Position numbers and translations under genes: made by a program. A DNA stretch of 64,000 nt from Candidatus Bathyarchaeia archaeon (GTDB taxonomy: Archaea > Thermoproteota > Bathyarchaeia > 40CM-2-53-6), in contig JBEKFP010000001.1 of the NCBI GenBank assembly GCA_050013255.1, forward strand, positions 480,001 through 544,000, given 5' to 3'. Of this stretch, positions 10,324-21,369 are shown one piece after another. The stretch's first letter is position 1. Each line of letters begins with the position of its first letter. Under the pieces are notes generated by a model, which was not told the origin of the DNA, did no database searches, and saw only the letters and a program-made list of their open reading frames with translations.

Positions 10324-10683
10324 TTACTCGGAACTCTGGCTTCTGAGGCGTTTCAGCTTTTCTAGCGTACTCAGCCAACTGGCCAAGGAGTTGCCGTAGA
10401 CGAGCAATTTCTCGGGGTCCGTCTCGTTCTTCATCGCTAAATTGATTTCCCGGATTTTGGAGAACAATATCATTTCGGAGTCCTCGAGCACCTTATCGGC
10501 CATGAACCGTGTCTCTTGCTCAGCGGATTGAATGATCACTACCGGTTTGTTGCATTTTGGGCAGAAGGTTTCCTTGCCTTTTCGGAAGAGGGGGGTTCCG
10601 CACTCAGGGCAGGTCTGAGATAACATCGTTGCCCCGGATTTGAGAAGTTCAGCCATTTTCTTGACTTCAAGGGCCAAAGACAT
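10324..10683 (-). CDS. UPF0148 / Sjogren autoantigen-1-like zinc-finger protein
   Basis: MAELLKSGATMLSQTCPECGTPLF...FCPKC; divergent from UPF0147. Confidence 0.85.
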   Translation of the reverse strand: MSLALEVKKMAELLKSGATMLSQTCPECGTPLFRKGKETFCPKCNKPVVIIQSAEQETRFMADKVLEDSEMILFSKIREINLAMKNETDPEKLLVYGNSLASWLSTLEKLKRLRSQSSE

Positions 10684-10827
10684 CGACCATGCAGAGTATG
10701 GCAAACGACTATTACACCTTGTTGGCGGCTGAGGGGAACCGTTCCGTATGCGAATTGAGAAAGACTTTAGATATTGCCCTTGAATGAAGCTGAGTGAAAG
10801 GTCGCCTGTCATGCGGGGTGGTCCGCT

Positions 10828-11109
10828 ATGTCAACTAAGGTCAAACGCAAAGAAGAATACGAAGGCCGAATCAAGCAGGCACTGGGCGTTCTCAACGAGG
10901 TTTCTAACGACACAACGACGCCTCGCAATATACGCCGCGCGGCCAAGAGTGCAATGGACACACTCCAAGTTGGGGATCTAAGTATAGGCGTCCGCGCCGC
11001 AAACGCAATCTCCATTTTAGATGACATAAGCCAAGACCCAAACATGCCGCCTTACACGCGAGTGAAGATTTGGAACTCCGTAAGCCTACTCGAAGCCATC
11101 AAGGATTGA
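10828..11109 (+). CDS. UPF0147 family protein
   Basis: [12 protein letters not shown]...[21 protein letters not shown]. Confidence 0.9.
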   Translation: MSTKVKRKEEYEGRIKQALGVLNEVSNDTTTPRNIRRAAKSAMDTLQVGDLSIGVRAANAISILDDISQDPNMPPYTRVKIWNSVSLLEAIKD

Positions 11110-11189
11110 GATTACAGGATAATCTTAATTATCGCATCTAACGGTCGGTGCGCAATTCTTAAGGCAGTCATTTCAGACGGTTCCCACCA

Positions 11190-12128
11190 ATGGATTTAGC
11201 TGTGCAGACGTTTGGGATTACGAAAAAATTCGGCGACTTCACAGCGGTTGATCATATTAGTCTTGAAATTAAGCAGGAAGTTTTTGGTCTCTTAGGTCCT
11301 AATGGAGCAGGAAAAACAACCTTAACACGCATGTTAACAACAATTCTGTTGCCTACCGAGGGCACGGCTACGGTCGCAGGTGCGGATATTATACACGAAG
11401 CAAACAAGGTACGTGAGCGCATAGGGGTTGTTACACAGGCGTCAACCTTAGACAATGAGTTATCGGCGCTTGAAAACATGAATCTATACGGGAAATACTA
11501 CGGCATGTCTCGCAAGCAACGCCAAGAAAGAATACCAGAACTCCTCAAAGTGGTAGAGTTACAGGATCGAGCCAGAATTCCCGTCCGAAGTTATTCAGGA
11601 GGCATGAAACGGCGTCTAGAAATTGTAAGGGCCCTTGTCCATGAACCTGAAGTCCTATTGCTTGATGAACCTACCACAGGTCTCGATCCTCAAGCGCGTG
11701 CCGCAGTTTTGGAATATGTTGAGCGAATTCATGAAGATCGCGGCATCGCGCTTTTGATCACAACCCATTACCTAGATGAAGCGGAGAAACTTTGTGATAG
11801 GCTCGCAATCGTAGATCACGGCAAAGTAGTCGCCTTAGGAACACCAACGGAACTAAAGCGGAAGGTTTCAGGAGGCGACGTAGTTGAAGCCAACTTCTCA
11901 AACCTCCCTGATGCTGCTCTCAAGGCATTGGAAAGAGCAGAATTCGTTCTGGAAGTCAAAAGGCGGGACAGCGGCCTAACGATTCTAGTGAAGAATGGTG
12001 CGGAAGCAGTTCCGAAGATAGTTGGACTCATTGACTCCAATGGAGGAAAACTTCGGACAATCACTCTGCGCGAGCTTACCTTAGATGACGTTTTCCTGAA
12101 CTTTACAGGTCGGAGTCTGGGAGATTGA
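11190..12128 (+). CDS. ABC-2 (DrrA-like) exporter ATP-binding subunit
   Basis: GPNGAGKT, YSGGMKRR, LLLDEPTTGLDP, C-terminal TLDDVFL. Confidence 0.93.
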   Translation: MDLAVQTFGITKKFGDFTAVDHISLEIKQEVFGLLGPNGAGKTTLTRMLTTILLPTEGTATVAGADIIHEANKVRERIGVVTQASTLDNELSALENMNLYGKYYGMSRKQRQERIPELLKVVELQDRARIPVRSYSGGMKRRLEIVRALVHEPEVLLLDEPTTGLDPQARAAVLEYVERIHEDRGIALLITTHYLDEAEKLCDRLAIVDHGKVVALGTPTELKRKVSGGDVVEANFSNLPDAALKALERAEFVLEVKRRDSGLTILVKNGAEAVPKIVGLIDSNGGKLRTITLRELTLDDVFLNFTGRSLGD

Positions 12129-13276
12129 AAGGCAGCCTAGCCGTATGCGAGCGGGATGTTCGAAAATTCTTTAGGCAACCATTCCTCGTCCTCTCCACGG
12201 TTGTTGGACCATTTCTGACTTTGGTCTTGCTCGGGAGCGCCTTTGGTGGAGCAATAACGCATGCACCAATCGCAATCGTACAAGAAAGCTATGGCCCATT
12301 TTCATCAAATTTCATAGACATTTTGCAGAACCACCAAAGCTGTGAATTGGGCGTAATAAATTGCCAGAATTCCTTTCAGATAACATACGTTCCCGATATG
12401 GATACGGCACAGCAAATGCTCCGAGAAGGCCTAGTCAAAGCGATAATTCACATTCCCGAAGGTTTTGACACGTCATTAAGTGACAACTCTAAAGTCATCC
12501 TTACAGTAACGTTAGATAATACTGACCCATTGAGTGCTGCCGCCATTGGGCCTGAAATTGCCCAAGCAAGTCAACAGCTCTCATCTCTAATACAAACATC
12601 AACCGCAGCCGGCGCAACGATAGATGTGGATTTAGAGAATGCTTACAGAACCTTCTTGTACATTGAATTCATGGCGCCCGGAACATTTGTTCAATCAATC
12701 ATGTTCGTTTCAATCATCGCGGGCGGCGTTCAAGTCGTAAACGATAAAGAAAGAGGAATAATTGAGGGATACTTAGTCACACCTCTGAAAAAATATGAGA
12801 TCATCGTCGGCGTCCTACTTGCAGGAGTTATTAAATCGCTCATCTCAGCGATCGCACTATTCTTCTTAGCCATCTTAGTGGTAGGCGTTCGCCCCCTGAG
12901 CGTTTTCCCAACACCAGACCTGATAGGAATAACACTCACAATGTTCACACTGGTGCTCACCTCACTGGGACTTATCGCTATGATGACCGCCTACGCGGTG
13001 AGGTTTTCGACAGCCGACATTTACAGGGTTTCATCATTTCCCATCAACTTGACGCTGTATTATACAAGCGGCGCGATATACCCACTGGACGGGTTTCCCA
13101 CTTGGATGAAGGAGATATCGGTAATCAACCCAGAAACCTACGCGATTCATGCCCTACGACTCTTGATGTACAATGGGGCGGGATTTGTGGCGGTCGCAGG
13201 CGACTTTGCCTTCTTGGGGGTGTTCACTGGCTTGATGGTGATATTATCGCTACTCGCGTTTAGACGCGGATTGTAG
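12125..13276 (+). CDS. ABC-2 exporter permease
   Basis: N-terminal TM, extracellular loop, DKERGIIE motif, 5 C-terminal TMs, NPETYAIHALR. Confidence 0.9.
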   Translation: MKGSLAVCERDVRKFFRQPFLVLSTVVGPFLTLVLLGSAFGGAITHAPIAIVQESYGPFSSNFIDILQNHQSCELGVINCQNSFQITYVPDMDTAQQMLREGLVKAIIHIPEGFDTSLSDNSKVILTVTLDNTDPLSAAAIGPEIAQASQQLSSLIQTSTAAGATIDVDLENAYRTFLYIEFMAPGTFVQSIMFVSIIAGGVQVVNDKERGIIEGYLVTPLKKYEIIVGVLLAGVIKSLISAIALFFLAILVVGVRPLSVFPTPDLIGITLTMFTLVLTSLGLIAMMTAYAVRFSTADIYRVSSFPINLTLYYTSGAIYPLDGFPTWMKEISVINPETYAIHALRLLMYNGAGFVAVAGDFAFLGVFTGLMVILSLLAFRRGL

Positions 13277-13518
13277 TCAAATCGCGATAGCCCATCGCTG
13301 TAATCATCAACTAATGGTTGGACTAGAGGCTGCAGCCTTCAAACGCGCACTACACGAAAGAACGTGTAAATCCGAATAGGGAACGACCGATTTTTCGAGC
13401 GCGACTTTAAAGCCCAACTGCCAGGTTAAGAAAGAAAGGAATATGGATTAATTCTCGAAGCGCAACCTTAAATCCCGTGTACTCGGAAGTCACAAAAGGA
13501 TTAGAAGAGGAAGCCGAT

Positions 13519-14778
13519 TTGAAGGCTCGGAATGTCATAATAGTCACCGTCGCTTTACTCCTCGCCATTAGTGCTTCTGCAAGGTACGTTGTGCCTCCCA
13601 GTAATGCAATTGGAATAGCTAATCTTGCTGTAACGAGTGTCTACTGGGGTAGCAACCCAATGGATCCCAGCACTGCTCATCCCGGTGACATTAACGCTCA
13701 ATTGTCCATCGTAATAACTAACGTGGGTGATGATGTAGCGCGTGGTGTGAATGCTACTCTGTTTCTTGGCCCACCATTAGTCTATACTTACACTTTAGGT
13801 GGAGTCCAATACAACTCGACCGTAACATCGAAGACGGCTGGCGATATGCAAGCAGGTGGTAGTTTCACGCTCGCTTACACAGTCAGTGTCGATCCTAATG
13901 CGAAGGAGGGAATATATCGTTACGACCTCCACCTCTCATACAAGTCTGCGCGTGAACTTCAACAAATCGATAATGACATCATGGTGGACGTTCCACTGTG
14001 GAATGGCGAACTTCATGTTCAAAGCATCGCCACCGTTCCCACGAAGATTTACCCCGACAGCAAACAAGTCGCACTCAAAGTTTCGATTGTGAATTCTGGG
14101 AAGGGAGAAGCCAAAGACCTGCAACTGCAATTGGTCCTGAACGCGCCCTTTAACGCATCATCAAGCGGTTCAGACAGCTTCTATGTGGGAATAATACCGT
14201 CGGGGCAAGCTTCAGAAGCGGACTTTGTTATTGACGTCGCGAGCAATGCGCAATTCGGCCAGTACGAAGTCATATTGGGTGTACAGAATAGTGGAGAGAT
14301 TATTCCTATCGGGCAGGTCCCACTCTATGTGGCAGAGAAAGTGAACTTTGATATTGTAAACGTCACACCGACTGTGGTGCACGCTGGAGACTCTGGCGAT
14401 GTCATCAGTGTCGAGATAAAGAATGCAGGCACAGTGAAGGCGGACTCCGTTAGAGTAGAGTTGCGCACGGGTAATTTCTTCACCGGTACCTTAACTGACT
14501 TTCTCGGTACGATGCTCGCAGGGGAAACTAAGGTTGCTTTTTTCACGGTAGACATTGATAGCAAGGCTCAACAAGGGCAGTATAACTTAGACCTTAGGTT
14601 CGATTGGACCCAGGACAACAACTCACTTGACAATACGCAAAGCATCACCTTAACCGTTAGCTCACCAGCGGTGCCAGCTTCACTTATCGTCGTGGCCGTG
14701 GTTGTAATCGCCGGCGCTGGTGGATTCTTCTTCCTCCGAAAGCGTAGGATGAAATCTGCGGAATCCAACAAGAAATGA
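13519..14778 (+). CDS. COG1361-type S-layer/surface protein with repeated Ig-like domains
   Basis: Signal peptide, three ITNVG/IVNSG/IKNAG...A repeats, C-terminal TM plus basic RKRR tail; TTG start chosen. Confidence 0.8.
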   Translation: MKARNVIIVTVALLLAISASARYVVPPSNAIGIANLAVTSVYWGSNPMDPSTAHPGDINAQLSIVITNVGDDVARGVNATLFLGPPLVYTYTLGGVQYNSTVTSKTAGDMQAGGSFTLAYTVSVDPNAKEGIYRYDLHLSYKSARELQQIDNDIMVDVPLWNGELHVQSIATVPTKIYPDSKQVALKVSIVNSGKGEAKDLQLQLVLNAPFNASSSGSDSFYVGIIPSGQASEADFVIDVASNAQFGQYEVILGVQNSGEIIPIGQVPLYVAEKVNFDIVNVTPTVVHAGDSGDVISVEIKNAGTVKADSVRVELRTGNFFTGTLTDFLGTMLAGETKVAFFTVDIDSKAQQGQYNLDLRFDWTQDNNSLDNTQSITLTVSSPAVPASLIVVAVVVIAGAGGFFFLRKRRMKSAESNKK

Positions 14779-14815
14779 GTGTGGAAGGAGAACCTGATTC
14801 GGAGCAGAGAATTGT

Positions 14816-17800
14816 TTGGCTCCACGATGGGTTCAGGCAGTACTCGTTTTAGCATTGACCGCAAGCATGCTCACCCCCGTCTACGCACACACCACCCTTG
14901 GAAACCTAACCGGTTCAAACACGTACTTCCGGTATAATGACCACGAGCTGAACCCAACCAACACGTTCGGAACAGCACACGTTCCCGGGCCACTTGGCTA
15001 TGTCTGGCCTGGGGGCGGGTTGAACACGTACACTGGCAACCCCTCTAACCCGCCGGGCTATCAATCTCCCTTCGAAGACTTTGAAGGGCCTATACAAGAA
15101 GGCGCCAACGCGTACGCACCTGAAGGCGCTATTCTTACCTCGACTGCCGACCACGATAGTGTTGGCGACCTGATCTTCGCCGTAAACTTCTCGCAACCGC
15201 ATGCATTTCCTCACCCGGGCAACTTCAAATATAGCACACTGGCCTTGTACATACCAGCCCCAGTCTTCGACAAGACCGGGAAATTAATCCAAGATGGCTT
15301 TGAACCCGCCGCCGGCATTAATTGGGATAACGGCGAGAACACTAACATCGTTACAACGATCACCGATAGCTACGCCGATATATTCGTCACGAGGGCAGAC
15401 AGCAACGACCCATTCGAACCCGGCTCGTGGATCATATTCATCACCGCACCAAACAACATAACCTTCACATCCGCGAGAGGCTGGTCCGAGTGGTACTACC
15501 TTCGCATCAACCAAATGAAAGCACCCCTAATTGCCGGCAGATATTTCTTCAAAATGTTTCTCGACAACCATTTCCCGCTCCACAGACAAGGAGCCCTACC
15601 GAAATTGGTAAACAGCACGATGCCCATGGAGAACTGGCCAGTACTCCTAGTCAAAGGAGAAGTTGACCCTGCAATCATCACAGGAACGGTAAAGTTCGGC
15701 GACCAATCCAACCCAAACTTCTATGGACTTCCGCTAAACCTCCCTGGAAGAATTAGAGCAGTTGGAACCGCAACAGACCCCACAACTGGAATATCGACTG
15801 GACGGGGAGTAGAGGCTCGCGGTTACTTCAACGCTACCTCGCAAGGCCACTTTGAGATTGAAGGCGTCGCTCCGGGGATCTATGACCTCTATGCTTCTGC
15901 TGCCGGCTTTCCTGAACAACAAATTGCAACAGATGTCAGAGTAAGTCGAGGTCAATCCTTAACGTTTGACGCATACCTGAAGGCCGGGCCACAAATTGCA
16001 GGAAGAGCCTACTCAAAAGCATTGTTTGGGTCATTCCCCTGGCCTGGCCAACTACCAATCACCGTAGTGATCTATAACAGCAACACGTACGATACTGATA
16101 GTATCGTCACATATTCGCCCGCGAACCTCACAGACGCCCCCTTTGTATCATATGTTACCGGGAACACTATGTTCGCCGGCAGCCGTTTGGCGGGGACGAA
16201 CAAGCCTAGGTCAGTAGCCTTTCCATGGGAAGGGCCAATTAGTTATTACGCCCTGACAACCGCCCCGGCATTCAAGGACCCCTTCGGAATTTTCAACGGG
16301 GTCGGACCCGCGCAACCCTGGTGGGTAGATCCAGTAGGCAATGCAAACCCGCTGACTTCGCTTGGTTCATCGAGTAGCGATTTTGCTTTCCAATTCGGTG
16401 CCACGGGAGCATATGGTGCACCCGCTCAATTCTCCGGTATGGTACCACAAGTATTCGCAACATGGACCGACAGCCTCACCCCAGGCAAGTATTATGTTCG
16501 TGTCTACGTGAACGGGTACGTTCAGACCACACCCGATGGAACACAACCAATCGACTACGCTTTCGACGTCCCCCAGAACGGTTTTTCAACCAACGTGTTC
16601 CTCCCCATCGACTTGGAGAAATCACCAGCAATCAACCTCATGATTCACTTCCACGACCTGGCCGAAACGATCATAGACGCGCCTATTGGAGGCCCAGACC
16701 CGAATAGATTTCTGATCGCGGAAGCCTATGCGAGGGACGGAACACTCGCAGCTTTGAATTTCACCCAAGTCTCATCCAAGAGCGCCCAAGCCACTCTGAG
16801 TTTGGATGGTTTGGGGATGGCTGGCCCGATTCTTCCTCCTGACCCCCGCGCCTCCATCAAATATTCACTCGCTAGATATCAAGGCCTATTCGACTACGGC
16901 CTGCCAACCGACACCTACACCATTCGAGTTTACATGAGGGGATACATCCAAGCGTTGCCCCCGGCCACCTCTTTCGAGGACTTGGACCAGCCGGTGACTA
17001 CGACTGTTTCAATTGGGTTGGGGGTAGCAATCGTAAGCACGCACATGTATAGAGGTGGCGAAATCAACGCGACTGTCTTCTCCGTCGACTGGGAAAGACC
17101 AGCAGTCACGAGAAACTGGGTGTGGAACAGCGCACCCGTTAGCACACTAATCTACGACGTTTCTTCAAAGAATTTCATTGACGTGATCTACTTTTGGAAT
17201 TCTAAGCTAAACCAATGGGTCTTACCCACACAGAATTCAAAGTTCCAAAACCTACCCTGGCCAGGTTGGCAAACAATATTTGGCGCAGGCGCAAGCCTGC
17301 TAGTAACTAACGGCTCCACGTTAGTCGATAGATTCGGACCGGACTTACCGAGCCTAAAGTCATTGGACCCAGCTCAAGATAAAGCAACAACCATATTTCT
17401 TGAAGAGAATTTCCGTACGGGCTTCTTGTACAGCTCCAGTTCCTACCGAACAAACGCGTTTCGCTCCGCTCTGGCCATTTATCCAGGAGTCTACGCGTTG
17501 AATTCTTGGACCTACGGCTACGTCCAAGACAACGTGGCCAGCCTCGGCGATTTGGGTAACGTACTCGTTTCCGTCTCCTGGTTAGGCTCCCTAGCTGACA
17601 CCCAAGTCCAATTGATTGTTGGCCTCAACTTGACCATTACTATGATCTTCAAGACAGAAAACATTTTCTCGGAAGTTCCCTTCAATTCCTCAGTGCGAAT
17701 TCGAGTTTTTGACGATGGAGACACTCTCATCGCCGCCGCGACAGTATTCTCCGACGCGGGCACGCTCGCTCCCACTTCCAACGCTGGGTTCTTCGCAGAT

Positions 17801-18580
17801 GGAGTCAAGTTGCTTCAGCGACCAGTCCCAGCGGGGACGAAGACGCTGCAATACACAAACCTAGCAGGACTCTTCAGTTACGTCGAACCAAGCTCAGGCC
17901 CAACCAATTTGGGGATATCCGCCGGAGTGCGCAGTGCCACACTTTTCTCTCCAGACCATGGAATCTGGGGCTACTCTGATCATCCCGGCGCGTACGGCGG
18001 CGGATGGACTGTTATGGTCGACTTTGTGAATTGGTCAACGTTGACCAGCAACTACCCGCCCGTGCCAGGCCTCTTACAGGGCGAGTCCCCATACTTCTAC
18101 CCCTACAATCACCTCGGGCCGTTCAGACAGGTGACCTACACCAAGATTTCGAATGCGCCACAGGGAGGCGAGGCCTCAGCCGAATTTGAACTCGACTTGA
18201 GAGGTTACGTTAGTGGGCTCATTCTTGGAATGGACTGGGACAACAATGTGCGGACAGTAAGCTGGGCAAGCATTGCGTTCACCAGCAGTGGCACGAGTCT
18301 TTACTGGTACACTTGGGACGGGTTTTTCGATGGCTACCTCGATCCTAGCAATTATCATGCATTGATCACCGAGTGGACGAGCGCGAACCAAGGGCATATG
18401 TCACGCTCACTAGATTTGTCCGTGTCCTTAGGTCAAGCGAATAGCGTAACGAATGTGGTACTTGACGAGAGCGGAATCCCAATCCCGGAAACACCCGGCT
18501 ACTCCGCTCTTCTACTGACTACACTCACTCTATCTTTGGGTGCATTATACTTCGGTCGTAGACGGAGAAGCAGGAAGTAG
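14816..18580 (+). CDS. Large secreted/surface protein with carboxypeptidase-regulatory-like beta domains and a PIPE-TM-basic sorting tail
   Basis: Signal peptide ending VYA, GHFEIEGVAPGIYDLYASAAGF motif, C-terminal IPIPE + TM + RRRRSRK. Confidence 0.8.
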   Translation: MAPRWVQAVLVLALTASMLTPVYAHTTLGNLTGSNTYFRYNDHELNPTNTFGTAHVPGPLGYVWPGGGLNTYTGNPSNPPGYQSPFEDFEGPIQEGANAYAPEGAILTSTADHDSVGDLIFAVNFSQPHAFPHPGNFKYSTLALYIPAPVFDKTGKLIQDGFEPAAGINWDNGENTNIVTTITDSYADIFVTRADSNDPFEPGSWIIFITAPNNITFTSARGWSEWYYLRINQMKAPLIAGRYFFKMFLDNHFPLHRQGALPKLVNSTMPMENWPVLLVKGEVDPAIITGTVKFGDQSNPNFYGLPLNLPGRIRAVGTATDPTTGISTGRGVEARGYFNATSQGHFEIEGVAPGIYDLYASAAGFPEQQIATDVRVSRGQSLTFDAYLKAGPQIAGRAYSKALFGSFPWPGQLPITVVIYNSNTYDTDSIVTYSPANLTDAPFVSYVTGNTMFAGSRLAGTNKPRSVAFPWEGPISYYALTTAPAFKDPFGIFNGVGPAQPWWVDPVGNANPLTSLGSSSSDFAFQFGATGAYGAPAQFSGMVPQVFATWTDSLTPGKYYVRVYVNGYVQTTPDGTQPIDYAFDVPQNGFSTNVFLPIDLEKSPAINLMIHFHDLAETIIDAPIGGPDPNRFLIAEAYARDGTLAALNFTQVSSKSAQATLSLDGLGMAGPILPPDPRASIKYSLARYQGLFDYGLPTDTYTIRVYMRGYIQALPPATSFEDLDQPVTTTVSIGLGVAIVSTHMYRGGEINATVFSVDWERPAVTRNWVWNSAPVSTLIYDVSSKNFIDVIYFWNSKLNQWVLPTQNSKFQNLPWPGWQTIFGAGASLLVTNGSTLVDRFGPDLPSLKSLDPAQDKATTIFLEENFRTGFLYSSSSYRTNAFRSALAIYPGVYALNSWTYGYVQDNVASLGDLGNVLVSVSWLGSLADTQVQLIVGLNLTITMIFKTENIFSEVPFNSSVRIRVFDDGDTLIAAATVFSDAGTLAPTSNAGFFADGVKLLQRPVPAGTKTLQYTNLAGLFSYVEPSSGPTNLGISAGVRSATLFSPDHGIWGYSDHPGAYGGGWTVMVDFVNWSTLTSNYPPVPGLLQGESPYFYPYNHLGPFRQVTYTKISNAPQGGEASAEFELDLRGYVSGLILGMDWDNNVRTVSWASIAFTSSGTSLYWYTWDGFFDGYLDPSNYHALITEWTSANQGHMSRSLDLSVSLGQANSVTNVVLDESGIPIPETPGYSALLLTTLTLSLGALYFGRRRRSRK

Positions 18581-18638
18581 TTGAAGCCGCTTACATAGTG
18601 CGTTTGGACAGCATGATCGCGATCGGGCCACAGCCGCG

Positions 18639-18942
18639 TACCCACCAGCCCCAGCTCTCCTTCAGGGCGAATCGCCCTACTGGTATACATGGGACGGATG
18701 GTTTGGTTGCTACCTAGACTCAGGTACCTACCAGGTAACTGTTACTGAATGGATCCATAACGGAGGTCACCATCAAATCATGTTCACGCTCAGTGTGAAT
18801 CAAGGAGAACAAAACGATAGCGCTCAACTACATTCTGGAAGAAAGCCAAATCCCCATACCAGAACTCACATCGATTCCCCTAAGCACCTTGACAGTATGC
18901 GTCGCAGCAGTATTCCTGTTAAAGAGGAGAAAACGCAGGTAA
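18639..18942 (+). pseudogene. Degenerate paralogous copy of the C-terminus of the 14816-18580 surface protein
   Basis: YPPAPALLQGESPY|WYTWDGWFGCYLDSGTY...TEW...LSVNQG, frameshift near 18811-18820, then LEESQIPIPE-TM-KRRKRR*. Confidence 0.85.
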
Positions 18943-19056
18943 CTCTACGTCCCGGGTTTCGATAGCTGTATCGCGATGGGCTAAGTTCGTTCTCGTCCTG
19001 AAACCTCTACGAACATCTGCTAAGATTTCCTGCATAATCCGTGCTTCGAATTCGCG

Positions 19057-20187
19057 CTAAATTGTACGTTTGGACAAAAGTATCGCGATGGGCATTAGTA
19101 TCAGACTGCTAACGAACAGGATGAGCAGGTCGCCTACGATAGCGTTGGGCCCAGCGCCCAAATAGATCAGGCGTCTAAGCGCATCATTACCATACGTCCA
19201 AGGCAGGCTGTCCGCAATCGCCTGGCCGCCAGGCGCAAGGAGGAGAGGGGAGTTTACTGTTCCGGCTAGGGAGAAGAGTGGGAAGGTCATCGCTATCTCC
19301 AGAACCGTAAGAGTGGCTGTACTTCGGATTCTCGTTGATATCGTTAAGCCTAGGGAGAATGTGAAGATGGCGATCAAAACGGTTGTCAGGAAGATGAGTA
19401 TAAGGTTTCCATGAATCACCAAACCGTAAAGACTGAAGATAACCAGCATCAATGCAGTGCGCAGAATCGTAAGAACTATCGTGGCGGACATTTTACCGGA
19501 ATAGACTGCGAAAAGGCTCACTGGGGACAGAGTCAATCGCGGGAAAGTGCCTCGTTCTCGTTCCCTGTTGATCGCGTTTACAATATCATCAAAACCGCCA
19601 AGGATGGCGATTAGGCCCAAGAAGCCTGGCAGGATCGGGTCGCCGCTTGGCGGACGCCCAGTCATGGTCCTTGTGATCACCTCGATTGGGGCGATCTTCA
19701 GTCCGAAATTAATGCCGCCCTCACCGGAGGTTACCTGGTTGACGAGATCCTGAGCGCCCTGGTTCACCGCGCCAACCACGAACTGCGAAGAGGTCAACTT
19801 GGAATTATCCGTAGAGACGATAACGAAGGCGTCTCCCGCCAAAAGTGCCTTTCCGAATCCTTGAGGTATAATTATGGCTCCAACGGCTTGCGCATTATTA
19901 ACCGCTTGATAGGCTTGATCTTCGGTTTGCACGAGTTGAGTTACGTGGATGAAGCGTGATCGCGTTAACTCGTTGAGCATCGCGTCCGAGGCCGGCGTTC
20001 CATCTAGATCAGCAACGACCACGGGCACATTATGGGTGGTGGCGCTGAACGCCGCAACGATCACTATGAAGATACCAATCAGGATAATTGGGAACATAAC
20101 CGTCAAAATGAGGGAGACAGGGTCGCGGCGGAGCTGCTTCAGTTCCTTCATCGTAATAGCAGCCGTGTCGCGAACGAAATAGCTCAA
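19057..20187 (-). CDS. ABC-2 exporter permease
   Basis: KELKQLRRDP, RERERGTF, LPWTYGNDALR. Confidence 0.9.
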   Translation of the reverse strand: MSYFVRDTAAITMKELKQLRRDPVSLILTVMFPIILIGIFIVIVAAFSATTHNVPVVVADLDGTPASDAMLNELTRSRFIHVTQLVQTEDQAYQAVNNAQAVGAIIIPQGFGKALLAGDAFVIVSTDNSKLTSSQFVVGAVNQGAQDLVNQVTSGEGGINFGLKIAPIEVITRTMTGRPPSGDPILPGFLGLIAILGGFDDIVNAINRERERGTFPRLTLSPVSLFAVYSGKMSATIVLTILRTALMLVIFSLYGLVIHGNLILIFLTTVLIAIFTFSLGLTISTRIRSTATLTVLEIAMTFPLFSLAGTVNSPLLLAPGGQAIADSLPWTYGNDALRRLIYLGAGPNAIVGDLLILFVSSLILMPIAILLSKRTI

Positions 20188-21350
20188 GCAATCAACCTCT
20201 CCCGGAAGCTGTGAAGCAGCACGAAGGCGAGTGCGAACGAGACGATTATGAATCCAATCATATATTCAAGATCAAAGGTCAGAGAGAGCAATGGCCTACC
20301 GAGCAGTATTGTACGCCTCAACGCGTCGAATGCATAGGTAAAGGGTAGAGCGCTGCTTATGGTCTTCGAGATACCAACCAGCAAATTGTTGTCAATAACC
20401 AAGCCGCTGAACGCGAAGAGGAATAGGATCAGAAAGAACGTTATGATCACCACAGCTCTCTGCCCTAACTTCAAGGCAGCCGCCACGAAGCCAATCCCCA
20501 TCGTTACGATCGCAACGATCAGAGACAACGCGAGAATCGTGCCGAAGTCCGTACTCGGCTTGGCTCCGTACCCGTAGATGCCCATCCCAAGAACAATGAA
20601 AGTTCTCAAAACGCTCAAGAGAATGTCAAAGAGTGTTTTCCCCAACATGATTGAGCCGATTGGAATTGGCGAGGCGAGAAGACGGGCATACGTTCCCTCA
20701 TCCCGTTCCCGAGCCATTCCTCCTGCAATCTCATAGAATACTGAAAAGATTTGCACGATCGCTAGTATAGTGGTTAATCCAACATTGAAGCTGGCGAATA
20801 TGGCTCCCTTCCGAACAACCCCAACTCCCGCAACTGACTGCTTCTGCAGCTGACTCAGGGCGGGTTGGACCTCCACGTTGGGGTCGAAATTCTGCGCGTA
20901 TCCCGTCAGGGTGCTCTGAATTTGGTCGGATACGCCGGGTTCACTGTCATCCGTATAGAGTACCAGCCTCGCCTGATTCCCGTTTTCTAAAGCATCTTGG
21001 AACCCCTTGGGAACGACAATCACAGCATAGATGCGTTTAGTCCCGAGCTCAGCTATGGCGGCTTGCTCATTGTAGCTTTGTATCAGGTTATGGAAGTCAG
21101 GTGACCTGGTCAACGTTTGCCAGAGGCGGAGTGAGGCGATTGTATTGTCATTATCTACGAAACCGATTGGAATGTTCGCCGTAGGGGAGAACGACGTTCC
21201 CGCGCCACCTTGACCGGCACCGAAGGAGACCGTGAAGAACAGAGGTAAGACGACGAGTGAGATCAGTATGGCGCTTCTATTCCTGCGGAATTGACGAAAC
21301 TCGTTCTCAGCAATGGCAAGAGAATCACTGAGAAATGTTGCGACCGACAT
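20184..21350 (-). CDS. ABC-2 exporter permease
   Basis: NEFRQFRRN, ARERDEGTY, LPFTYAFDALR. Confidence 0.9.
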   Translation of the reverse strand: MSVATFLSDSLAIAENEFRQFRRNRSAILISLVVLPLFFTVSFGAGQGGAGTSFSPTANIPIGFVDNDNTIASLRLWQTLTRSPDFHNLIQSYNEQAAIAELGTKRIYAVIVVPKGFQDALENGNQARLVLYTDDSEPGVSDQIQSTLTGYAQNFDPNVEVQPALSQLQKQSVAGVGVVRKGAIFASFNVGLTTILAIVQIFSVFYEIAGGMARERDEGTYARLLASPIPIGSIMLGKTLFDILLSVLRTFIVLGMGIYGYGAKPSTDFGTILALSLIVAIVTMGIGFVAAALKLGQRAVVIITFFLILFLFAFSGLVIDNNLLVGISKTISSALPFTYAFDALRRTILLGRPLLSLTFDLEYMIGFIIVSFALAFVLLHSFRERLIA

Positions 21351-21369
21351 TCGCAACCCCGACTGCACT

